A DNA stretch of 55,428 nucleotides, the filler included, from Sphacelaria rigidula (lineage: Eukaryota): the NCBI GenBank assembly GCA_964200075.2. It is 5 parts of 5 records of this genome, joined end to end, with 100 filler letters (N's around TTAATTAATTAA, not from the genome) between each part and the next. Parts side by side here need not be neighbours in the genome. Positions count along the whole stretch, not along the records: positions 1 to 11,008 come from CAXNAA020005545.1; positions 11,109 to 22,115 come from CAXNAA020005546.1; 3 more parts are not named here. One strand, given 5' to 3'. Below, piece by piece: positions 1 to 11,905 of this stretch. How positions within the stretch are numbered: the stretch's first letter is position 1; each line of letters starts with the position of its first letter. The notes below the pieces were generated by a model that worked only from the letters and a program-made list of their open reading frames with translations, made no database searches and was not told where the DNA came from. Both the position numbers and the translations under genes were made by a program.

Positions 1-59
1 AAATTTCGAGCAACAAATGCCCAAAATACCCCCCCCCCGATCGGAGGATGACTCCCATG

Positions 60-560
60 ATAATGCATACCCTGGTCATATGACCGTTGACCTCGCACCC
101 CTTCGAAGCCGGGACGGAACACGCCGGGTTGACTCCCGACCAGGCTTGCAATCGCCAAGAGCCGTCGGCGAGTCGCATGTAGAATGACCTGCATCCTACC
201 AAGATCGTTTTGCCCAAATCGCAGTGATTATCTTGCATATGGACGACAGCCTCGAACGAGTTTCTTCAATTTTTGGTATCACCACTCCCCGAGACAGCCA
301 CAGATTACACTGCCTCATGGGTGTCCCCCCATTTCAACACAACGTAGTACGATCATCTCTTTTGCACGGGGTTGGGGTTCTCCAAACAATATGATCTACC
401 TCGACCACCATCATGGTTATCGCAAACATGCGAGCAAAAAACCCGCGGTACTCCGGTTGCCTAGCTCACGAAGTGAGTGTAGTGTTTTATAGCGTCATTG
501 CCAACCAACACCAACTCTCAGAGAGGGCGAGGGACGTACTCATTTGTTGCTTATTCGAGA
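60..560. repeat. Dispersed repeat family A copy (non-autonomous, class unknown); ends approximate
   Basis: Core TGACCTCGCAYCCCT..AAGCCGGGACGGA.CACGCCGGG and downstream blocks recur at about 2690-3230, 13330-13610, 17055-17560 and 44520-44660. Confidence 0.75.
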
Positions 561-1245
561 TATTTGACCCCCTATCTGCCGTGACGTGCTTAAACGAAGT
601 CATCGACGAGGTCGGTGCTTCCATTAATATGAACTGGATTCGACACACACATGGTTGAGGCTATCTGCTTTTGTCTTTATTTTTTTCTGTCACATGATCA
701 ACTCATTCCCTTCGATTCCCGCTGCAGTCGCATAAGGAAACCGTAGGGTTATGATTATGAGCTCGTTGATTGGCAAGACTGTGGAGTCATTTAACTGTGT
801 CATTTCCCGAACAATGTTTCTCGGCAGAAGCCGCAGAAAAACTGTGAGCACGATGTTCGAAATCGAAAAATCACCACAGACCCCTTGAGACACCGTATAT
901 TCTCATGTCTAGCTGGATGTTTATTCAGGAATCATTTTCGAAACCTCGGAGCCACGCGAATCGGAAACGTGGGCTAGAATCCCGTTGGTGGGGTGATAAA
1001 AAGTGTCCAAAACGTGTGATGTCGATATTCCCTATTTGGGAGACCAAAAACGAGATCGAATGTCCCAAACTGAAAAAACCCACAAGAAAAAATCCCGTGA
1101 GAAACGGTCAAATACAAGAAAAAAGTGAATTGAAAGAACCGGATGAAAAGAAGACAAGATATTGCGTGCAGTACCGATATTCGATGTTTTGCTACTATAC
1201 TACGAGCTGGGAGGACAGAGGCTCCGTCGCCATAGTTCACAGACC

Positions 1246-1633
1246 ATGCGCGGCTCAGTTTTTCGAATTTCGGGGTGAAGTTTCAACACCAGAGAAGCAA
1301 CACATAGACCTACCCCGTCACCGCTGCCTTTCGTTATTTTATTTTTATTTTCACCCTAACTTCGGGCGATGTAAATGTGGGCTGCCTTTGGCTCCCTGAA
1401 CCCTTTTGGAACCTAATGACGATTTTGTTTTTGTGAATCGAGATCATTTTGACTTGGAAATGGCTGAAAATGATGCCGATTCACGAAAACAAAACTCGTC
1501 AATGGGTTCCAAAAGGGTTAAAGGGGGTGGTACGTGGAACAAGGCAAGGGAAGACAGGTGACAGGGTAGGCCCGAGTGTTGTTTCTCTGGTGTGAAACAT
1601 TCTCCTCGAAATTCGAAAAATTGAGCCGCGCAT
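1246..1633. mobile_element. MITE/foldback-like element with nested inverted repeats
   Basis: Outer arms of about 80 bp (ATGCGCGGCTCAGTTTTTCGAATTTCG... / ...CGAAATTCGAAAAATTGAGCCGCGCAT) enclose an inner hairpin at 1399-1519 (AACCCTTTTGGAACC...GGTTCCAAAAGGGTT). Confidence 0.7.
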
Positions 1634-2689
1634 CGTCGTTTTCGCGTGCTTATACCAGCCGGGGGTCTAACCATCAAAATGTCATCATGACAGCGGAGGA
1701 GAGAACGTAAGTTCGGTTTTCGTGTGAAAACTCTCAAGTGGGTCTAGTGCTGTCGAAGCACAAGCACAGCGATCTCCGTTGGCGAAACACAAGCACAGCG
1801 TCCTCGAACATCACAGGGATATGTTCCGTTGGCGATATGTCGCCGCGGTTCCTGAGATATGTTCGGTGGAAGGAATATCCGTTGTGAGGCCGGGCTAGCT
1901 CGTACTGTACGTATAAATCCGAAGGTGTTACTATCGGGAAAGTTGCTCTATGGGTCATGATCCTTTTCGTGCGGTACCCTCGTGGTAAAAGATTCAACCC
2001 GTTGGCTTCCGAGGCGGGTCATCATCTGTTGCATCGGCATCATCTTTGCTTGATAACAATGAATCCACGGCTCAAATGACGCACTGTGGTCGTCAAAAAA
2101 GTGCAAAGGTTTCTGAACGATGTTACTATAGGGGTACCAACACCAACTCATCATCCACCACAGATATGAAAAGCACTGTGCTTGGTTCCTATCTCTGATT
2201 TATTCATCTCTTCTTCTTGGTGTTTTTTTGTCCGTTCATTGTCTCGTCTGTGCATCCACCCTCCCCCGGAAACGAGCCTGGCTGTCTTATTGTCTCTTGT
2301 ATTCCTTTCTCTACGTTTTTTTCTTCTATTTTTTCTTTTCTTTTCTTTTTTCCATTTTTTCTGTTTTTTTTTTTTCGGATCACAAGCTGGAGTGTTGCAA
2401 TCGGCTACGTAATGTGAGATGGTCATCTTGTTGGGTTGTTTGTGTTCGTGTTTGTGTGTGTTGTTGTTAATGCTGCTGTTGCTGTTTTGTTGTTGTTTTT
2501 TGTCTTGTCGCTACTTCATTTCTTCTTTTTTTTCTGTGGCTGTTGCTTTTGTCGTTTGCTGCTTCTGTCCTTCTTTCTTTTTTATTCTGTTCTTTTTTTA
2601 GCTGCTCCTAACCACGGGCTGGATTGTTGCAATCAGCTGATGCGAGAAAATCAATCAACCAACCATCCCATCAAAGGGTTGAGAAGGAG

Positions 2690-3230
2690 GGGGGTGTACT
2701 CATGATCTTCCATGCTGTAGTCATACGATATTAATCTCGCATCCCTACAAAGCCGGGACGGAGCACGTCGGGCTTTCGCCGGACCAGGCCCGCAATCGCA
2801 GTCACAGAGTGCGAAGCGCCGTTATGTGCTCGGCGAGACGCATGAAAGGTGAGCTGCGTCCTGCTAAAATTGTTTGGCCCGAAGCCTACTGATCATCTTA
2901 GATTTGGATGACAGCCTTCGATAAGTTGCTTCATTTTCTGGTATCGCCACTTGAAGAAAAAACCACGGGTTTTCCACTGCCTCACGTGTGTCTCACCATT
3001 TAATCACGACGTAGTATGATCATTCCCTTTACGCATAAACCGAGGTTCTGCTCCCAACCCGTGCTACATGATCTCGCTCGACCACCATCGTGGTTACCGC
3101 AACAAAAAAAGAACTCATACGCGCAAAAAAAAAAACGGCAACCCGGTTGCCTAGCTTGCGAAGTGAGTAGCGTGTTTTACAGCGTCATTGCCAACCGACG
3201 CCAACCCCACAGGGGGTTCTATAGGAGGAG
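2690..3230. repeat. Dispersed repeat family A copy; ends approximate
   Basis: Colinear similarity to 60-560, for example GGTTGCCTAGCT..CGAAGTGAGT..GTGTTTTA.AGCGTCATTGCCAACC. Confidence 0.75.
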
Positions 3231-3339
3231 GGGGTATTTGATTCAACTAAAAACAGGGGCTCATGGGTGTGTCAGACGACCTAACTACTCGCGGTGGGTT
3301 TCTGCTCGGGTGAAAACGGTATCAAGCGGTATGAATAAT

Positions 3340-3436
3340 TGAATGATTGATTGATTGACTGTCGCACTTTAACTGACCCCCCAGGGGTCCAGCCGTGGTC
3401 GCATGGTAGACATACCCAAGAAAATCAAAACTGAAT
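3340..3436 (-). mobile_element. Retroposon 3' end with (CAAT)n tail
   Basis: About 75 bp ending AAAGTGCGACA plus an (AATC)n tail on the minus strand. Near-identical copies at 18233-18335 and 53776-53900. Confidence 0.65.
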
Positions 3437-3870
3437 GTCTTATTGGTAGCAAGCGTGTTTGAACAAACGTTGCTGCTTTCAACCACGGCTTGAGGTGGAA
3501 TTTCTTACGAGGAGATAGATGGTGGCCGCAGACGGCCAAGCAGGACGGGGAGAAGTCACGTAAAAGGTTTTTGTGCAATGTATGGAAGAAACGTAATGAG
3601 CGCTGGAATGTTGGAGGTGTCTCTATTAGGAGTAGGAAGGTGCTCCGTCTCGGAAGGGATGCATGGTCAATGGCCAAACGACCAAGGAAAGCAACGAATG
3701 AGTACGCCTCCCCCCCCCCACACCCTACCTTTAGCGCCACTCCTTCGTACATCTTCATACAGGGATCAGTGAAAATGATAATGAAGTTATGTTCGAGGAC
3801 ACTGACTGAAGGTCAATGCACAGCACAACAGTAACGAAACACACATACGCCCATGCACGCACACACACAC

Positions 3871-4007
3871 CTGTGTATAATGCCTTTGGAGTGGATAAAA
3901 TCCACACCCTCGAGCATCTGCCTGAACAGCCTCCAGCAGCGCTGCTCCTCCCTCCATAGCTCCCCGTGGTCAATCAGGTGTCTCAACGTGTTCTTACAGT
4001 ATTCCAT
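3871..4007 (-). CDS. GCN2: GCN2-like eIF2-alpha kinase exon (subdomains V-VIb)
   Basis: Translates MEYCKNTLRHLIDHGELWREEQRCWRLFRQMLEGVDFIHSKGIIH(R), with cag|ATG acceptor and AG|GTGTG donor. Joined to the upstream LYIQ exon it gives LYIQMEYC, the eIF2-alpha kinase signature. WRLFRQ..EG...IHS.GIIHR resembles GCN2. Confidence 0.88.
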
Positions 4008-5227
4008 CTGGTGAGGTCAACACCGGTTGTTGAAAAGAAACAGGAATAAACAAGAGCGAACTACATCTGTCTCAACTTGTGACCAGAGCTGGATTGATGT
4101 CGGAAACCATACAATGTCCATCGCAGCAAGCGCCTGACCCGCACATAGTAATTCACACCACAATCAATTGCTTGCAACCATGAAGGTGGGAAACCGGTTG
4201 AAGAGAATTCTTGAGATGAAAGCATGGGACACAGGAAGAATATTTGACATGAAAGCAAGCTATTTTGGTCGAATACTATACGTAACTGTGTGCCGTTGTT
4301 TATCACCGTGGATGGGTGCTCGCAAACAGAGAGGAGGTCTACTCAGCTGTAGCGTCGGGGTCGACGGGGGTTAGAGGGTCCGCAGCTAATATTGCTCCGA
4401 AATATTCGGTTGGAGGGGAGACTGCGACAAATACAGTGAATAAACATACAGTCTAGGGGATACGGTAAACGGTAGAGAATGAAGATCAGCAGCGTGTCAC
4501 TCGTTTCGTCGAAAAAAAACGTGAAACCGACGAGGCGTGTAAAAACAAGGGCAAGAAAAGTGCTCTGTTGGTCCACAGAAAAAAAGTACCGAATATAGTG
4601 AACACACAGAATGCTCTGTCCAAATACAGATCAAGCATACTGCTTATCGGTGTGCAGTGGACAGATCATCATGTGCTGCCATGTCTCTACGCGCTGATCC
4701 TGCGAGGATCAACCAGGCACCATGTCCAGCACACGCCAATCCCTTCAAAAGCCGAGTTACGTACCGCCGATGCCCTTGACTATACTGATTCATTCCCCGC
4801 ACGGCGTAACCATTCTGCGTGGGAGGTTGCGTTCATAGTGAGTTTCCCCCAGCATTGAGAAACATCCTACTACAACAAATGGAGCCCGTTTCTCCTAGTC
4901 CGGTGGACGGAACGTCAACTCCTTGTTCACCGAAGAGGCACTTTATTTCGTGTCCCTTTGTTGATCAGAAAGACAGGGGGGGACAAGCGCAAACATCACG
5001 GACCTGAGGAGGATACCTCCGGTAACCAACTGGTCACTTCAAGTATAGTAGTGCTTGCGCCGTGACGCCCAAACCGGTACATTGTCAGCTAGCCTGGGGA
5101 GAATAGTGGCTTCGAATTCGTCCTTTTTTTGTCTGAGCATCGTTCTTGTGCTGTCCTCGTTCTCGCCCGTTCCCGTGACGACCTCTTTGCCACTACCTTG
5201 TCTACTTGCTCTTGTCTTTTTTTCTGC

Positions 5228-5286
<59 letters not shown>

Positions 5287-5287
5287 G
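5228..5287. repeat. (TTG)20 microsatellite, intronic
   Basis: Perfect trinucleotide run. Confidence 0.95.
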
Positions 5288-6193
5288 CTTGTTGTCGTTG
5301 GAACTCCTTTTCTGTCAACCCCGGGTCTGAACCCAAGGGCTAATGCGAGGATAAGAACAAGTGATCCCGGCAGTAATCTTTCTTCAACTGATTTCTGTTG
5401 TGGGGGGTAGCGATGATGTATTGGTTCACAACATGAGGCAATAAAGCGGGCTGTTGTAGCCCCACACGAAGACGGTCCTGCTTCCCGTATGATCAGCGAG
5501 ATATGCAATACGAAACCAACGAATACAGCGCCCGGAAGCGCGGAAGAGTAATATAGCAGAGCTGCGGTACCAAAAGGGGGACGAAAAAAAACGTTGGTGT
5601 TGCTCTATCTTACAGTATAACAACCGATGAAAAGGACCGAGGTGGATCTTCGTATTAATACCTACACATGAAGACAAAAGTCAACACCAAACCAATGCGA
5701 GTGACGCATTTCTGCCCTTCTTGTTGCAAGACGTCGCCTGAACGCGGAAAATATCCCTCGTCTCTTCATGTAAAAAGAAACACAAAAATTGATCAGCACA
5801 TGTTCTCACCAATCCACACTTGAACGTACGAGAAGCTGTCAGTGTGCATCCAACAAAATAAACATTGCGCAAAAGAAAAAACGGACATATCTCCAACAGA
5901 AGATAAGATACACGTTCCAACAGGTTGGTTAGGTGATGCTACCAACCTTTCTGTAGAACCGTTCGCATCCATCCAACGGAATCCAAACCTACCAACATCA
6001 CAAACAAGCCGGCGTTACGCGCCCCGTAAGATCCTGGCCTCTGCCTCAAACAACAACAGCTAAACAACAACCGGGGACAAGAATGCGATGCTACCCACCT
6101 ACTTCGTAATGTTCGCCTCCCGATCCCACAAAATCCACACGCCACCATCACCAACACGCGCACCACTGTACCCTCTCACAGTCAACTTCACAC

Positions 6194-6569
6194 CTGAATG
6201 TAGAGATATTGCCGCTCTCCGGAGACCCCCGGCAACCTGCCACCAGGAGGCACTGCAACCAGGGGATGAACTCCAGCCGTCCCCGCCCCCGCCCCCGCCC
6301 CCCGTGGACCTCCAAGGGCACCCGCAGGTAGCCGAGGGGGGGAGCCGGAGCCTCTGTTCGTTGACGATGTTGTTGACGGTTTCAGATTTGGCGATGTAAA
6401 ACGTGGTGCGGCGGGATTTTTTCCCTCGTAGTGCTGCATTAGAGCATCTTCAGATGACCACGATGCGGGCATTGGGGGGTTTCCCGCCCCGGCCTCGCTG
6501 GCTTGTCTGATCCGGGAGATGGAGAAGGGAGCAGAAAAGGGGCACGGGAGTACTGGGTAATGGTGAGCC
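6194..6569 (-). CDS. GCN2: GCN2-like kinase exon (end of kinase insert, ...RQYLYIQ)
   Basis: Open frame ending LYIQ|GTGTGA (phase 0, matches the 4007 acceptor). Acceptor is cacag| at 6569 or tgcag| at 6593, both phase 2. Confidence 0.8.
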
Positions 6570-7017
6570 CTGTGCGGGACAGGGAGACGGACACTGCAGC
6601 TACGATGCTCAATTCACCACGACGGCAGATAAAATGTATCGGTTACTGTATACCGCTTTCATGTTTTCATCTGACAAAAATAGCCTGCTTCTTGGTTCTC
6701 GTGAGACTACTGGTTGTCATGTGGCTACTGTACTTCGACACCACAGGCCTCAAAACAGAGTCCGTGATACATGCAGTAAAAAAAAAAAAGGGCTAGCCAT
6801 GTAACCGGCACATCTCATGTTTGCTGGCGCTTCCACGCTTCTAAGTAGAAAAAAAAGTATCGAAGAACCACCTGAAAAACAGATCTTAGCTAATGCATTC
6901 AATGCCGAGAAAAGCCGACAAACACCCCCCTACCCCCCCTCCATTCCCCCGCCGCCGAAAAAAAAGAAGGGAGGAAAATAAGATGAACGTAAAAAAAAAC
7001 AATAATCAAAAGCTAAC

Positions 7018-7555
7018 CTCGCCCTCTCTGGAGAGCCGCAGTATTGAAAGAATTCCGCGTCTGACACCAGCTTCCCATTGCCGGCGGGCTGATAATCCCC
7101 CCCTCCAGAACCCCAAGATCCGGAATCACTCCCGTCGTTTTCGTCGCTAATGTCATCATCCATCGACCACGCCCGATTGTGCCCCCCACCGTCATCATCA
7201 TCGTCATCATCACCATCATCATCGTCATCGCTGGGCGATTCTGAACCAACACTAGTTCCGCCGCCTGCTCGTTTCCGTGGTCGAGGGCTCCTCCTTGCCC
7301 ACAGCGCCCCGCTCGGCACTGCAATTCCCCCGCTACCGTTGCTGGATGTCGCTGCTCCCACCGGGGCGCCGCAACCACCGAAGGTACTGCTGTCTCCTCG
7401 AGTGCTTCTGCCGCTGCTGGTGGTGAATCCGGAACTTGTCTTCGTGCTGTTTCCAATGGTAGCCAGTGTTGGGTTCGCTGCTGGTTCTGGTTCTGGTTCT
7501 ACTGATTTTGCTGTTGCCAGGTGTGGCTTGTCGTTAACAGCGCTAGAGGTGTGCC
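7018..7555 (-). CDS. Probable GCN2-like kinase exon (Ser/Gly-rich insert with poly-Asp)
   Basis: 538-nt open frame with aagcag| acceptor (phase 1) and AG|GTTAG donor (phase 2). Phases match both neighbouring exons. Confidence 0.7.
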
Positions 7556-8259
7556 CTGCTTGTCAGGCGAAGGATTTGAATGGGTAGGGGGGGGGAGCTT
7601 TCCACTCGCTTGATAGATTGATAGGGTACATTATATCAACGGGAAGACAAGTAGTCCACCCATGAAACTTCGGACAATTTTTCGAGCTCATAATTGCGGT
7701 ATTTTGATTGATGAACGAATCTCGAAGGAAACCAGCCGTCGGCACAAGAGAAACGTGTTTACGTGTATATGCTCAGAGATCAGGTCGACAAGATTTCGCG
7801 TTATGAACGGCTTACCATCAAGGACGCAAAAACTATGAAAAAAGGGAAGGGAGGGATATTGAAGGGACAGATGCAGTGAAAAATTGAAGAAGGAAGGAAA
7901 AAGAAGAGGCGAGAGCGATCAGCTATGCACAACGAACGAGGCTCAGAAACCATATATAGCAACAAAACACGCAAGAGCAAAGTACGGGCTGGTGCAAGGA
8001 AGATTCCCAATTTTTCGTTGGCCGACATTTTATCCACGCACACGAGGTAGATTCGGAGGAAGGTATGTGAGTGCTCTTTACGGTGCAGGGAAAAAAGTGA
8101 GGTGGTCTCTTTCCCTCAATGCGGGGTAATCATGGGGCGTAAGGGGCGTGCGAAACAATATTAAAGTGCACAGAATAGCGCGGATGAAATTTCCGAAACG
8201 CCTGTTTGCGCCTGCATGTGTTTGTGCAAATTGGTGTGCACTGCACAGTACACCCGGTC

Positions 8260-8330
8260 GCCCCGGTAGCTCAGTTGGTAACCTCGAAACCTCCTGACGG
8301 TTGGGTCGTGGGTTCAGACCCCGGAGCGAT
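8260..8330 (+). mobile_element. tRNA-derived SINE head or tRNA pseudogene
   Basis: A box TAGCTCAGTTGG (8267-8278) and B-box-like GGTTCAGACCC (8311-8321). GCCCCGG/CCGGAGC pairs like an acceptor stem, but D, anticodon and T stems are defective. Confidence 0.65.
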
Positions 8331-9489
8331 ATGGGAGTTTTTCACACAATGCCCAACAGTGGAGAGCGACGTGTCGTGGGTACACAAAAGTCGACTTCAT
8401 GGTCGACGAGATAAAGGGATAGCTGAACCCCTTTCGTGATAAAAGTAAAGGCAAGCACAGCAGAAGGAAGGTGGGAGTCAGGGATCATTTTATGAACGAC
8501 TAAACAGAGGTACTAAATGAAGGTCGACGTCACTATTTTTTCCAGCCAATTAAGTTTCCCCCGGTGTCAATATTTCCCTGGGCCCCCCCGACTACTGCAT
8601 GCCCCCACATTCTCGGTATAATCCATTTTCCTCCATATTGCGGAGCATTTTCGAAAAATGCGAGAATACTTTTTCGCACGTTACTGAATAATGTTCAATG
8701 TCACCGTTATCTAGGCCTTTCTTCCTCCTCTCGGATTCACCGGTTTTCTGGGGCTCCCGATCGCCCTACAATTCATATTCTCAGCACAATATCACGCTTG
8801 CTCTACTTTTCACGCCGTTTTCACAGGTATTCCTGCGGGCAAAATCGAGGTCATCAGTGCTTGGTCGTTCGGACAATCAGTCAAATCCACTGATTCCGTC
8901 GGGTCATAGGGCGCCGAGAATGCGAGGGGACACCGCGTTCTCGGGACAATTTCAGGTTTGCTCCATTTCTCGCGGAGTTTTCGACAGTTGAGACATCAAC
9001 TTTTTACACGCCTGTTCCCCAAGTCCAGCCCGGGTTTGCCAGTATTGGTGCGTTTTAATTGCCGCTCGACAGGCACCAACGCTGACCACCTCGGGCTTGC
9101 CTCCCGGAGCATGCGTACGAAATTCGGTGTCCCAACTTCCCAATTTCGGCGTGAGAAATGGCTACCCGGGACATGTCTGGAATCTCCCTCGGACCAGCCT
9201 GTACGAGAGGGAGGAGAGAGGGTATCATATTCTCCCAAAAGCATTCGACTACACTCCAGTATACACACCAACAACTCATAAAAACATACGACCAAATACT
9301 GTAAGTTCCATTCATCTTTTACACCATCCGCGCCTTACAAAATCAAAATTAAAATATCTCTAATAACCCGTCAGCTCTGCACACGAATAACTTAACTGAA
9401 CACACAGCGAACACAAATCCATAGTTTTGCACCATCCGCACCGCTCGCCCTGCACTCTGCACTCTGTACTCTACACCGCCCTGACTCAC

Positions 9490-9840
9490 CAGCACCTGCA
9501 CCAGCGCTAGCACCCTTTCCACCCTGTCCCTCGTTCCCCTTCCCTATCCTCTTCTCCTTCCCCTTCTGCTTCTGCTTCTGCTTCCTCAATTCCTTCTTAA
9601 GTAATCGCCGAGCCTTCCTGCCCAAAACACCCGTCGCCGCCCCCACCAGGTTAAGCTCTATTTCCCCTGTCCCCATCTCCGTTGCACCGCCCTCCAGCTC
9701 TCCCGCTGTCGTTGCTGCTGAACCGAACTCAAACGCACCGCCGGAGTTGGATCCTTGAGCCTGCCCCGCACCCGCTGTGCCGTCCCCGTCCCTTGTGCGG
9801 GTACTTCCGGGAGGTCTGGAAACGTTATTGGTGGTGGCGA
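9490..9840 (-). CDS. Probable GCN2-like kinase exon (Gly-rich and Lys-rich insert)
   Basis: 351-nt open frame with tacacag| acceptor and consensus G|GTGAGT donor. Phase 1 matches the 7555 acceptor. Confidence 0.65.
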
Positions 9841-9964
9841 CTGTGTAGTCCGTATTTTGGAGTCCAGGACCGGTCGCGGAAGACAATGATCGTTCCAAGA
9901 CAGGAAAGGGGATGTCGGGCAAGATTGAGCACAGGAGCACGAGTGGGTAGAAACATGTACATTA

Positions 9965-10062
9965 TGCAAGGCGTGTATGGGGGAGAGAAGGGTTGATCCC
10001 TTGATGACCAAAAACTTGTCCCGAGGAAGGGAAGGGGTTCGAAGGGCGACAAACAAACAAAT
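9965..10062 (+). mobile_element. SINE-like 3' tail fragment
   Basis: GGGTTGATCCCTTGA..CCA...CCCGAGGAAGG.AGGGGTTCGAAGGGCGACA followed by (AAAC)n. Matches about 11805-11900 (+) and 38985-39080 (-). Confidence 0.55.
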
Positions 10063-10227
10063 ATTCCCTTCAGGGAGTCACCAATATATGTGGTCGAGTA
10101 TAACATTGTATGCTAAACGGCGCAGAATATATCGACAGTCAGTTCAATATATTAGTGCATACATCGCCCGCGTAATTTATCTCGTTCCAATGGAATGTAT
10201 ATATATATATATATATATATATACATA

Positions 10228-11008
10228 CGAGCTGGGCCAGCCGAGAAGCGATTCTGCAGTTTGCAGGCCGATTATACGGCTAATACTTGGGGTTGGACCC
10301 TGAAATTTGGTATGGACAATGAGTAGGGTATAATAAAAAAACTTACTGGCGTACACAAGGGATTCTTTTTTTTCATGAGTTAGGGGCATTTTACCGATAT
10401 CTAAAAACTGATTATTGCCCTTAACTCATGAAAATAAAATAAAACCCTTGTGTACGCCAGTAATTTTTTTTATTATGCTCTACTCATTGTCCATATCAAA
10501 TTTCAGGGTCCAACTCCAAGTATCGGCCGTATAATGGGCCATTTAGTGACAGGGTCAGAAGAAATTCGGAATAGTATTTTGTAGGCCATTTACCGGCCCA
10601 CGTTTGGTGTTTGTGTCTTGAAATCTTGTGTGGGCGCTCTCTAAGACATAATTAACAAAACAAAGTGTGTCGGGTTAATTTTTTTCAATTTTTCCCTGTG
10701 GTTTAGGGTGTTCTACTATGATAAACACCACATTTCACGAAAACGCCCTAACCTCTATGAAAAAAAATGGAAGGCACATATTTTTTATTCGGCACTCTTT
10801 TGTGGTTCTCCACACCAAAATTCATCGCCATCCGCTAAATACATCGATCGGGAGTTTCATAGAGTTTTAGTATTGGCGCTATTTCCCTTAGGTGTAGGAA
10901 TTACTAGACATGGGCTTTAATCAACGACAAAATATGGGCCCAAACTTTTGAGCAGCTGGACACCTTCCCCTTGATTGGACGATTGATACTATATGCGGAT
11001 CACGGCCC
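10228..11008. mobile_element. Foldback/MITE family B, truncated at contig end
   Basis: Terminus TA|CGAGCTGGGCCAGCC. Internal inverted repeat at 10271-10535 with arms of about 120 bp. Reverse-orientation copies at 22216-22959 and about 32540-32961. Confidence 0.8.
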
Positions 11009-11108
11009 NNNNNNNNNNNNNNNNNNNNNNNNNNNNNNNNNNNNNNNNNNNNTTAATTAATTAANNNNNNNNNNNNNNNNNNNNNNNNNNNNNNNNNNNN
11101 NNNNNNNN
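11009..11108. other. Artificial 100-bp contig linker (N...TTAATTAATTAA...N)
   Basis: The same linker occurs four times and carries stop codons in all six frames. Confidence 0.98.
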
Positions 11109-11557
11109 CCCTCTCTCTTCCCATCCTTTATTGGTTAATGCCCCGTTTCCATTTCCAGCTCTTATCGTATTTACCCCCCCCCCGGGGGGGGGGGGGGGGG
11201 CTGGAGGGGGTGAATGGGAGGAGCAAAATATTTCCGTAAAAACATGGGGTCAAACCTGCGCGGTGCAAACACGAACATACGTTTCAGTTGTTCGACTCGC
11301 AAGTATCGGCCGATGGGATTGACCTCTTGTGTTTAGAGACCATTTCTCGGGCTAATGCCGCGGTGTTTTTCAAGATCGCTTCGGACTGACACACACAAGG
11401 CTACATTTCAAGAGTCGCAAATGCAATGAACATCGGCGGAGTTCAACTTGGTTCGTCCAGCCATGGGGAAATAGTCGTTACCCCGGGGTAGGTATTCACC
11501 GTCTTTCCGCAGGTGTTGGCGAACCATGACTAAATGATTGTGATCAAGCCAGTCCGC

Positions 11558-11905
11558 GCCCCCGTGGTTTCATGGTAAAATTTACACCATCAGGTTGGAA
11601 ATCATGGGTTCGATTCCTGCCAAATGCGTTCAGTTTGTTTGTTTTTTTGTCAAGTACTCGATCTCCGCTGTTGGTGAAAGCGATGGAAGCGCGGGGACAC
11701 GTTAGTAGCGAAGAGAGTTTAGTCCACTGAGTTTGTTTGACGAGGGCTTGGCGCGGTACGGGGGTTCTTATCCAAACCGAGATGCTACGCTGTACCAGAG
11801 CGCGAGGCGTGTACCGGGGGAAGGATGGGTTGATCCTTTGAGACCACGAACCCGCCCCAGACGGAGGGGAAGCGTCAAGAAGTGTGACTACAGAACAAAA
11901 AATGT
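11558..11905 (+). mobile_element. tRNA-derived SINE-like element; 3' end approximate
   Basis: A-box-like GTGGTTTCATGG and perfect B box GGTTCGATTCC (11607-11617). The 3' part is shared with dispersed copies at about 9965 and 39000. Confidence 0.65.

Noticed and set aside
2151-2705. Lys-rich and Phe-rich ORFs
   Set aside because: Low-complexity T-rich sequence with no splice signals or domain evidence.
3369-3758. HLKP as the missing kinase catalytic-loop exon
   Set aside because: It lacks the Asp and the N-I-F continuation, and lies among repeat sequence.
5089-5508. Poly-Asn, poly-Leu or poly-Cys ORFs
   Set aside because: These are products of the (TTG)20 microsatellite inside the intron that separates LYIQ from MEYC.
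8260-8330. Functional tRNA gene
   Set aside because: The D, anticodon and T stems cannot form properly, and no T-run terminator directly follows a complete cloverleaf.
11053-11064. TTAATTAATTAA as a biological palindrome
   Set aside because: It is a six-frame-stop linker inserted during concatenation.
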